NCBI GenBank assembly: GCA_963666425.2
Contig: OY762825.2
Coordinates: forward strand, 896,001 to 960,000
DNA from: Bacillota bacterium
GTDB lineage: Bacteria; Bacillota; JAAYKD01
Length of the DNA stretch: 64,000 nt
Reading direction: 5' to 3'
The position numbers were made by a program, and so were the translations under genes. The notes under the pieces are model-generated. The model worked only from the letters and a program-made list of their open reading frames with translations. It was not told the origin of the DNA and searched no databases. How positions within the stretch are numbered: the first letter of the stretch is position 1; each line of letters opens with the position of its first letter. This document shows, one piece after another, positions 10,123-21,894 of this stretch.

Positions 10123-11019
10123 TTATGGTAAGCGAAAGCCATATTGCTCTAAGACAGCCAACGGAAATCCCATGCGCACTGTTTTCAGCGGGTCCACCAC
10201 CTGACAGATGGTCATATGACTTAAAAGAGACATCAGCATTGCCGCCTTGTTGGTGGAAACGCCACAGGCTTGCATTAGAAAAGCATGCATTTTTTCGCTG
10301 GCTAATCTGGCGGCAGCATCCAGCGTCAGTGCCGATTGGATGGTCATCACAACCCCTGCATCCAGTAAAAAAGGAGTAGGCAACTGCGCCGCTTTGATCA
10401 CCTGCACGTTCAGCGTTACTTTACCGCGGCATTCCATGCCGCAAATCATTACTTCACCATCCGCCATCAAGGCGTGCAGATCACCCATGGCCAGCAGCGC
10501 ACCATCGCAATTCACCGGCAAATAAAGCGTGCTGCCCTTACGGATCAAGCGGCAGTCCATATTGCCACCGTGCTCACCCGGGGTTTCCGTGCCTACCGCT
10601 CTGCCATTCTCCGGGGTCGTGCCGATCACGCCAATCATCGGATCGATCGGCAGAGACAGTTTGTTGTCAAAAGCAATCCATCCCTTCTCAATTGAAAAGA
10701 TCCGCACTTCTTTTTCCTGGATGATACCCGCTAAGCCGCCATCCGTTAGGGAGGTCCGCATCACGCCGGTAGAAGCTACTTCAATCTCGAGAATTTCAAC
10801 TTTGAGAATATCACCCTTGGCAGCCCCCTTCACATAAAGCGGCCCGGTGGCAGGATTGGCATACGCTCTGGCCAATGGATCGGAGGTTTCTGATACGACA
10901 CTGTCATCATAACAATCTCTGGTATGGAAAACGACTGTATCACCATTCTGACAATAGGCTACAGCGGGATTCAGCTCTGATAATTCACCAATGACATGTT
11001 CTCTGCCGATTTCGATCAA
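10123..11019 (-). CDS. Acetamidase/formamidase family protein
   Basis: NPATGPLYVKGA, PMIGVIG, HGGNMD and GDLHALMADGE motifs. Confidence 0.9.
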   Translation of the reverse strand: MIEIGREHVIGELSELNPAVAYCQNGDTVVFHTRDCYDDSVVSETSDPLARAYANPATGPLYVKGAAKGDILKVEILEIEVASTGVMRTSLTDGGLAGIIQEKEVRIFSIEKGWIAFDNKLSLPIDPMIGVIGTTPENGRAVGTETPGEHGGNMDCRLIRKGSTLYLPVNCDGALLAMGDLHALMADGEVMICGMECRGKVTLNVQVIKAAQLPTPFLLDAGVVMTIQSALTLDAAARLASEKMHAFLMQACGVSTNKAAMLMSLLSHMTICQVVDPLKTVRMGFPLAVLEQYGFRLP

Positions 11020-11050
11020 ATTAATCCCCTCTTTGTTTTCAATTTCTTCC

Positions 11051-11079
11051 AGTATAGCAAGTGCGCCTCATTCTGTAAA
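11051..11079 (-). promoter_or_regulatory. Sigma-A promoter for the acetamidase-amidase-ltaE-GNAT cluster
   Basis: TTTACA-17 bp-TATACT with extended -10 TG. Confidence 0.65.
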
Positions 11080-11156
11080 GCAGAAAATCCGCAAAAATCA
11101 ACCCGAAAATCAAAATACCATTGTAACCCCTCATCCTCACTCAAGCGCCCTCTCTA

Positions 11157-11498
11157 TCCCCATCGTCTTCACTCCACATCAGCCTCCCCGCTCAGAACGC
11201 CAACGGTGTCCTCCTCCTCGCTTCTTACCAATCCCATCAGCTCACCGCTCAGAACACCGGCGATGTCCCCTAACCCATCCTCCTCAATCCACTTCAGCCT
11301 GCCGCTCAGAACGCCGGTGGTGTCCCCTTACCCATCCTCCTCAATCTCCATCAGCCTGCCGCTCAGAACGCCGGTGGTGTCCCCTTCCCCCATCCTCCTC
11401 AATCTCCATCAGCCTGCCGCTCAGAACGCCGGTGGTGTCCCCTTCCCCCATCCTCCTCAATCTCCATCAGCCTGCCGCTCAGAACGCCGGTGGTGTCC
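11157..11498. repeat. Tandem repeat, six units of 57-58 bp
   Basis: Core CTCAGAAC recurs at 11191, 11248, 11305, 11362, 11420 and 11478. Consensus CCCATCCTCCTCAATCTCCATCAGCCTGCCGCTCAGAACGCCGGTGGTGTCCCCTT; the left-hand units are more diverged. Confidence 0.95.
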
Positions 11499-11930
11499 TG
11501 CAGGCGGCCTATGCGCTCGCGCATGAGACGCCGGAAGAATACTGCCGGTGTTTGTGTGCAAACTCGAAACTCATATCAACACCTCTACGTTCTCTCGCGT
11601 ATAAGCAAAGGAAGGTACTTTGCCCTACCTTCAGAACGCCGGCGGTGTCCTGTAGGCGACCTATGCGCTCGCGCATGAGACGCCGGAAGGATACTGCCGG
11701 TGTTTGTGTGCAAACTCGAAACTCATATCAACACCTCTACGTTCTCTCGCGTATAAGCAAAGGAAGGTACTTTGCCCTGCCTACAGAACGCCGGCGGTGT
11801 CCTGTAGGCGGCCTATGCGCTCGCGCATGAGACGCCGGAAGGATACTGCCGGTGTTCGTTTGCAAGCCTGGAATTCATATATCCCCATCTCCCCGTTTTC
11901 TCTCCGCGTACATAACAAAAGAAAGCATCC
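11479..11930 (+). repeat. Tandem repeat of about three 152-bp units, each with a ~72-nt hairpin (REP/MITE-like or structured RNA)
   Basis: Hairpins at 11482-11553, 11634-11705 and 11786-11857: AACGCCGGYGGTGTCCT...AGRATACTGCCGGTGTT with an apical ATGCG-CTCG-CGCAT stem. Confidence 0.9.
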
Positions 11931-11959
11931 AAGCTTACGCATGAATGCTTTCTTTTGTT
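11914..11959 (-). terminator. rRNA operon terminator
   Basis: AACAAAAGAAAGCAT / ATGCTTTCTTTTGTT inverted repeat directly after the 5S gene. Confidence 0.75.
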
Positions 11960-11963
11960 GTTT

Positions 11964-12080
11964 GCCCGGCAGTTACCTACTCTCCCGGAAGGTTGCCCTT
12001 CGAGTACCATCGGCGTGGGAAGGCTTAACGGCCGTGTTCGGGATGGGAACGGGTGGATCCCTTCCGCTATCGCCACCGGA
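11964..12080 (-). rRNA. rrf: 5S rRNA
   Basis: Minus strand reads TCCGGTGGCGATAGCGG...CCCGTTCCCATCCCGAACACGG...GATGGTACT...GGGAGAGTAGG...GCCGGGC. Confidence 0.95.
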
Positions 12081-12229
12081 CTATTCAAGAATGTGGTCTC
12101 CCACACCCTGAAAATTGCATAGAGAAGTCAGTATTTGTCTTTCATTCGTCTAGATTCATTACTCTGCCGTCATCTTGTATTTCTTTTTGCGTCGGGCTTA
12201 CAACCTCACTTGCTTTTCGCAAAGCCGTT

Positions 12230-15203
<2,974 letters not shown>

Positions 15204-15516
15204 TTTTCTCTACTTTGCGCGAAAGTTTTATTCCCACCATGTCGCCATGCCGGGTTTTATTCTTTCAGTGAAGTTGTTCCCTTCACTTTTTAATTTACTT
15301 CCTACGACTTTTCATAAATCCTTCGTTTGTTTTACTTACTGTTTTAAAAGATTTGCTATCTTTCTTCTCTATGCAATTTTCAAGGTGCAAGTTTTTGAGG
15401 CAGGTTTTTCAAGCTTTTTGTTGTTGAAATCCCTGAGAACTAAACAGCGATTGATTGACTGACGAAGCGGATCCGGTATCGATCTTAGAAGTTACCTTCT
15501 TTATGAAAGTGCTCCC

Positions 15517-17034
<1,518 letters not shown>

Positions 17035-17290
17035 TTTCTATTGCAGAGCTAATCTAGCTCTTATTTACGAAATTTTCGTCTTTCGACTACTGGCTTCTTT
17101 TTGCATATCTTACGATACGACTTTTTGTAACCCCTTCGATTTCTTGTCACGCACATGACAAGTCCTCTTCGGTCACTCGTTTTTGAATTGACCGGTTCTT
17201 GTTATCTTCGTCTTTTTTCTTTCGCTGTTTAGTTCTCAAGGATCTGTGTCCTCACGTTCCGGTTTACTCTTGTTCCGTGAGCGCTTTGAT

Positions 17291-17319
17291 ATAATAGCAT
17301 AGCGAAATTCCTTTGTCAA
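17291..17319 (-). promoter_or_regulatory. rrn sigma-A promoter
   Basis: TTGACA-17 bp-TATTAT with extended -10 TG, upstream of the 16S leader. Confidence 0.8.
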
Positions 17320-17457
17320 CTCAAAAACGGGTTGTAATTTTGTGTGATTGGCTAGAATCAGCATGTTTTACCTTTTCAAAGGCAAATAAGGCAATTATTT
17401 CTCTGATTTTCTTACAATTTTGCTTTACATTGAGCGATAATCTAGCAATATAAAACC

Positions 17458-17495
17458 AACAAGATCCCGGTCGAACAATTGACCGGGATCTTGTT
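17458..17495 (-). terminator. Terminator after the serine hydrolase gene
   Basis: Perfect 15-bp inverted repeat AACAAGATCCCGGTC / GACCGGGATCTTGTT. Confidence 0.75.
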
Positions 17496-17499
17496 CCAT

Positions 17500-18906
17500 T
17501 TAAATCCGCTGAATCATGCGCGAACCGCGAAGTAATGCCCAAGCTTTTCCCTCTCTGATAAAAGCAGTAATCGGCGTTCCGTCTTCCGGTTTGGTATCTG
17601 GCGGCAACAGCAGGAAATTTGTTTTACCGCAATAGAGCAGCGGCATCAAGACACCTTCCACAGTGACCTGCAGCTGTCCGTCTTCGGCTTGGCTCACTAG
17701 GATTTCCACAGGAGATCCTTCTTTGATGCAATAGCGGCCGAGATACATTTCCGGAGTTTGCGGGACTGCACCGCTCGGAATTGCCCATTGATGACTTTGC
17801 TGCATTGGCAGAGCCATTTTCAGATTGAAAGCCCCATTGATGATGGGAGCTGTATTGAAGTTACTGAGATTGGTCAGGACAGTAACCGCATAACCTTCGT
17901 CTTTCAGGAAACCGCCGCGGGAAGCAACCCCTTTCAATCCGCCAGAATGATCACAAATGACGCGATTCGAGAAGGTTCGCTTGTTCAAACCACAGCAATA
18001 TTTCCCTTCTGCAGTTTCGGCAAAACGATTGCCAAATAAACGTTCAGTACAGCCTTTGGGCAAAATCTGCTTGCCTTCATAAAAACCGGATTGAGAAAGC
18101 ATGAGATAATAGCGTGTCATATCAGAAGCTGTCGACTTAATCCAGCCGCAGCCACGATAAGGCGGCGCGCTATCCCAAATGTCAGAAGCTTTGACCCCTT
18201 CTTTCGTTTTCACGAAGAGGCTGGTGACGTTCTTGGTTGCCAGAATCTCATCCAAGCTGAATGTAGTATGCTGCATACCCAACGGCTGAAAGAGGCGCAT
18301 TTTCAGATAGCTCTCCAGCGGCTCACCGGATGCCGCATCGATCACACTCGAAAGCAAGGCATAACCGTCATTGGAATAGCTGCGATATTCTCCTGCCTGA
18401 CCTAAGGGAGTATAATCGCCTGCTGCGATGTAATCGATGATATCCTGAATGGTATCTACTTTACTTTTTGCCTGCAGCAGTAATTTTTGATATTCTTCTT
18501 CTTCCCAGGCATCTGGTTTAGTATGAGCTACCATCGACCAGGCGAGCGTCGGGATCGGGGGAATACCGGTTGTATGTGTTGCCAAATGATCCACCAGGAC
18601 TGCTTCCGGCGGCATACCCGGTATGCAAAAACCAGGGAGGTATTTCTCAACAGGGTCATCGAAACAAAGTTTGCCTTCCGCTTCGAGCAAAGCAGCAGCG
18701 CAGCTGGTCACAGATTTGCTCATGGAGGCGATGCCAAAAATGGTTTCTGCGTTGATCGGTTTCGTTTTTGCCTCATCACGATAACCGAAGCTTTCGGAAT
18801 AAACGATACCACTGGCATCCCGCACACAAACCTGGGCACCTGGTACTGAACCTTTTTGCAGCAGAGTTTGAACATATTGAGAAAATTCGCTCCAATCGTT
18901 TGGCAT
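17500..18906 (-). CDS. Serine hydrolase, beta-lactamase class C / D-aminopeptidase-like
   Basis: SxxK (SMSK), YSN and HSG motifs; no signal peptide; C-terminal extension. Confidence 0.85.
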   Translation of the reverse strand: MPNDWSEFSQYVQTLLQKGSVPGAQVCVRDASGIVYSESFGYRDEAKTKPINAETIFGIASMSKSVTSCAAALLEAEGKLCFDDPVEKYLPGFCIPGMPPEAVLVDHLATHTTGIPPIPTLAWSMVAHTKPDAWEEEEYQKLLLQAKSKVDTIQDIIDYIAAGDYTPLGQAGEYRSYSNDGYALLSSVIDAASGEPLESYLKMRLFQPLGMQHTTFSLDEILATKNVTSLFVKTKEGVKASDIWDSAPPYRGCGWIKSTASDMTRYYLMLSQSGFYEGKQILPKGCTERLFGNRFAETAEGKYCCGLNKRTFSNRVICDHSGGLKGVASRGGFLKDEGYAVTVLTNLSNFNTAPIINGAFNLKMALPMQQSHQWAIPSGAVPQTPEMYLGRYCIKEGSPVEILVSQAEDGQLQVTVEGVLMPLLYCGKTNFLLLPPDTKPEDGTPITAFIREGKAWALLRGSRMIQRI

Positions 18907-19137
18907 AAACACTCCCTCTTTCCTTTGCGTTTTTTTAAAAAATAAGCGAGCTAGTCGCTGTCATGGCAACCCCGCTCGCCTTCTTTTCTCGGCCAATTTC
19001 ATCTTTGCATTTCTTCGATATTCCGTCCTGAAAAACCTGCCGGACGAATGATTTATTTCGAATCAATGCTATCGCAAAAGCTGTCGGAAGTTCTGCGGCA
19101 ACACTCTCAAAGTAGTTTTGCAGCTTCCAGACACCGA

Positions 19138-19365
19138 TCATTCCTCATTTTGATCTGCTTTTGTTTTCTGATATTCCAGAATATCTCCCGGTTGGCAATC
19201 AAGGATGGCGCAGATGGCATTCAATGTAGAAAAGCGGATCGCACTAATCTTCCCGGTTTTAATTTTTGATAAATTCACATTAGAAATTCCCACTTGATCA
19301 GCCAAATCGTTTAAAGAGATTTTACGATCGGCCATGACCCGATCCAGTCTAAGTATGATCGCCAT
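19138..19365 (-). CDS. Cro/C1-type HTH regulator (YozG-like)
   Basis: Family pattern NLSKIKTGKISAIRFSTLNAICAILDCQPGDIL. Confidence 0.9.
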   Translation of the reverse strand: MAIILRLDRVMADRKISLNDLADQVGISNVNLSKIKTGKISAIRFSTLNAICAILDCQPGDILEYQKTKADQNEE

Positions 19366-19379
19366 TCCATCACCTCCTC

Positions 19380-20009
19380 TTATAAAGTTTCATCAGACAA
19401 CTGCTGCAGCTTGCAGCCATACTCGAAAACATAAGCAAGAGCAAAGAAAACCAGCGTTAGAATAATATACGAAACACTAAAAAGATTATTGTTAATTAGC
19501 ATTGGCAAACCGGAACCCAAAGTCAACCAAGCAATCTTCTTTATATTTTTACCGATTGATTCACTAAATGGGATTGCTTTGTCAGAGAGCTCTTTGAATA
19601 CTCTACTGGCGTAAAGTAAAATGAAAGAAATAAACACCAAATAGACTACTTCGACATAAATTAACGCGGATGCCACTTTGATGAATGGAATGATAGGTAT
19701 ACTCTCTATGAATAATATTCCTAAAGCATTATCCTCTTCATTTAATGTAATGCCTCGGAATTGAGCCACTTTCTGCACTATTTGACTAATTTGTTTAAAT
19801 TGTTCTAGTACCCCTGGAGAGTCTGAGTAAGCGGAAAAATCTATCTTAATATTGATAGATGCGTCGTTCAGGACTTCGTTTTCGACAGAGGAAGGTAAGG
19901 CTGATGCCATGATCAAAAAACCGATAATTGCAATATAAATGAAAATACGGGCTGCGTGACATACATAATTCAGAACTCTACTGACTGACTTTATATTTTT
20001 TGATTCCAT
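19380..20009 (-). CDS. DUF2975-family membrane protein
   Basis: Several TM helices; PFSESIGKNIKKI and C-terminal VFEYGCKLQQLSDETL; usual partner of a YozG-like HTH gene. Confidence 0.8.
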   Translation of the reverse strand: MESKNIKSVSRVLNYVCHAARIFIYIAIIGFLIMASALPSSVENEVLNDASINIKIDFSAYSDSPGVLEQFKQISQIVQKVAQFRGITLNEEDNALGILFIESIPIIPFIKVASALIYVEVVYLVFISFILLYASRVFKELSDKAIPFSESIGKNIKKIAWLTLGSGLPMLINNNLFSVSYIILTLVFFALAYVFEYGCKLQQLSDETL

Positions 20010-20037
20010 GAGTTTAACAACCTTTCTCTTTTTTCTC

Positions 20038-20066
20038 ATCATAACAAGTAATTTTATGTTTGTCAA
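20038..20066 (-). promoter_or_regulatory. Sigma-A promoter of the DUF2975-HTH operon
   Basis: TTGACA-17 bp-TATGAT with extended -10 TG. Confidence 0.75.
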
Positions 20067-20140
20067 GTATTTTTTAACGTTTATCATTAATTATTTTATG
20101 TTAAGCAGCTTTAATTATAAATACAGAGAGTACATAAAAA

Positions 20141-20174
20141 AGCCGTTCGCTCAAAGAACTTTGAGCGAACGGCT
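20141..20174 (-). terminator. Intrinsic terminator after the carboxyltransferase gene
   Basis: Perfect 16-bp inverted repeat plus T-tract. Confidence 0.8.
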
Positions 20175-20189
20175 GAAGGTCACTATATT

Positions 20190-21605
20190 TTATTGAACGG
20201 GGTAAACACCCTTCTTGCCATCTTTTTCATTTTCGTCGGCAATGTTATAATCGGTTTTAGTTTTTCCGGCCATACGTTCTTTCAGATATTTCTCGGCAAT
20301 CTGCGGGAAAGCGACATAGGAAAGCAAATCTTCATCGGTTTCCATCAGGTAACCAATCGCTTTGCGGGCAGCCGGCAAGCCGGGTTCCAGATCATCGGCA
20401 TAACGATGATCGAGCACAGGCGCATCACCGATAATCGATTTGCGAAAGGTTTCATCAATCGGACCGGGAGCCTGACCATATTGCCCGCCCAAATAGGCTT
20501 TCACTTCATTGGTAACCATTTTATAGCGCTCGCCGCTTAAGACATTGATCACCGCTTGAGAACCAACCATTTGGCTGGTGGGCGTGACGAGCGGAGGATA
20601 ACCCAAATCAGCACGGACACGCGGTACTTCTTCCAATACTTCCGGCAGTCGGTTGACATTCGGTCCCAGTTGCTCGGCAAAGTTGGACAGCATGCCGCCC
20701 GGTACCTGATAAGTAAGCACATTGGCGTCAACGCCGCCGACCACATCATATTTGATGTTATAATTCTTCAATTCTTGACGCAGAATCGCGCTGACGGGAT
20801 ACATCTTGGCGACATTCAAGCCGGTGTCCCAAGGCGTATTCTTCAGCATGGCTACCATCGTTTCGGTGGCAGGCTGAGAAGTACCCATCGCCAGCGGGGA
20901 AAGCGCGGTATCGAGAATATCCACTCCCGCTTCAGCAGCCTTAAAATAAGCAGTTCCGGCCATACCGGAGGTATAATGGGAATGCAGTTCAATCGGCAGA
21001 GCAACCGCTTTTTTAATACTGGTAACCAGATCAAACGCCATCGTGGGAGAAATGATACCGCCCATATCTTTGATACAGATGGAATCACAACCCATTTGCT
21101 GCAGTTCTTTGGCTAGTTTAGCATACAGGTCCGGCGTATGAACAGGGCTTTCCGTATAAACAACAGAACCTTGTACATGCGCACCTTCTGCTTTTGCGAC
21201 GCGAATCGAGGTTTCCAGATTGCGCAGATCGTTTAAAGCATCGAAAACGCGAATGATATCCATGCCGTTGGCTACCGCTTTTTTGATAAATAGTTCAATA
21301 ACATCATCCGGATAGGGTTTATAACCCAAAAGGTTCTGACCGCGCAGAAGCATTTGCAGTTTTGTGTTTTTGAAATAACGACGGAACGTCCGCAGTCTTT
21401 CCCAAGGATCTTCATTTAAATAACGCAGACAGGAATCAAATGTAGCGCCGCCCCAGCACTCGACAGAATAGAATCCAAGCTGATCCATTTGTTCGAGCAG
21501 AGGAATCATGTCGCTCATTTTCAAACGCGTTGCCATCAACGACTGATGTCCGTCACGCAGCGTTGTATCGCAAATCTTAATTGCTTTTGCATTTACTTCA
21601 ATCAT
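20190..21605 (-). CDS. Oxaloacetate decarboxylase alpha / pyruvate carboxylase subunit B carboxyltransferase (no biotin-carrier domain)
   Basis: TTLRDGHQSL, WGGATFD, EDPWERL, IKDM, HSH, PGGMLSN and PPLVTPTSQ motifs. Confidence 0.9.
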   Translation of the reverse strand: MIEVNAKAIKICDTTLRDGHQSLMATRLKMSDMIPLLEQMDQLGFYSVECWGGATFDSCLRYLNEDPWERLRTFRRYFKNTKLQMLLRGQNLLGYKPYPDDVIELFIKKAVANGMDIIRVFDALNDLRNLETSIRVAKAEGAHVQGSVVYTESPVHTPDLYAKLAKELQQMGCDSICIKDMGGIISPTMAFDLVTSIKKAVALPIELHSHYTSGMAGTAYFKAAEAGVDILDTALSPLAMGTSQPATETMVAMLKNTPWDTGLNVAKMYPVSAILRQELKNYNIKYDVVGGVDANVLTYQVPGGMLSNFAEQLGPNVNRLPEVLEEVPRVRADLGYPPLVTPTSQMVGSQAVINVLSGERYKMVTNEVKAYLGGQYGQAPGPIDETFRKSIIGDAPVLDHRYADDLEPGLPAARKAIGYLMETDEDLLSYVAFPQIAEKYLKERMAGKTKTDYNIADENEKDGKKGVYPVQ

Positions 21606-21640
21606 GTAGAGACCTCCATATATATATGATATGTTAATCT

Positions 21641-21666
21641 ATTCGTGAGACATTACACAAGTTCCT
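21641..21666 (-). promoter_or_regulatory. Sigma-H-like promoter
   Basis: AGGA-N18-GAAT. Confidence 0.55.
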
Positions 21667-21894
21667 GCACTTTACATAAATCTTTACTATCTATCCCGAA
21701 AACACGCATTCTGCTGCAGATCTCTGCCGCCTCTTGCTTTTTTATGTCCGCATTGAACCACAGCTGCCGACAGGAAGTGAGATTTCCCAACATTGACAAA
21801 AAATTCCGCCAGTATTGATAGCGGCAAAACAGAAGGCAGGGGTTCTTTCAATGCTCCCGAAAGATTCCCTGCCTCATGAAAAGGAAAAGCGGAT

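Noticed and set aside
11157-11860. CRISPR array
   Set aside because: The sequences between the shared cores are near-identical copies rather than unique spacers, and there are no cas genes in the window.
10991-12111. Plus-strand ORFs (279, 176 and 135 aa) across the repeat array
   Set aside because: They are by-products of a C-rich repeat; the 58- and 152-bp periods break frame, and there is no RBS or protein-like composition.
17500-18906. Beta-lactam resistance gene
   Set aside because: No signal peptide and a C-terminal extension; more consistent with a cytoplasmic peptidase/amidase/esterase of the same fold.
21687-21890. Riboswitch or small ORF upstream of the carboxyltransferase
   Set aside because: The hairpin near 21835-21875 is explained as the terminator of the upstream gene; I recognise no riboswitch consensus, and the promoter motif lies downstream of it.
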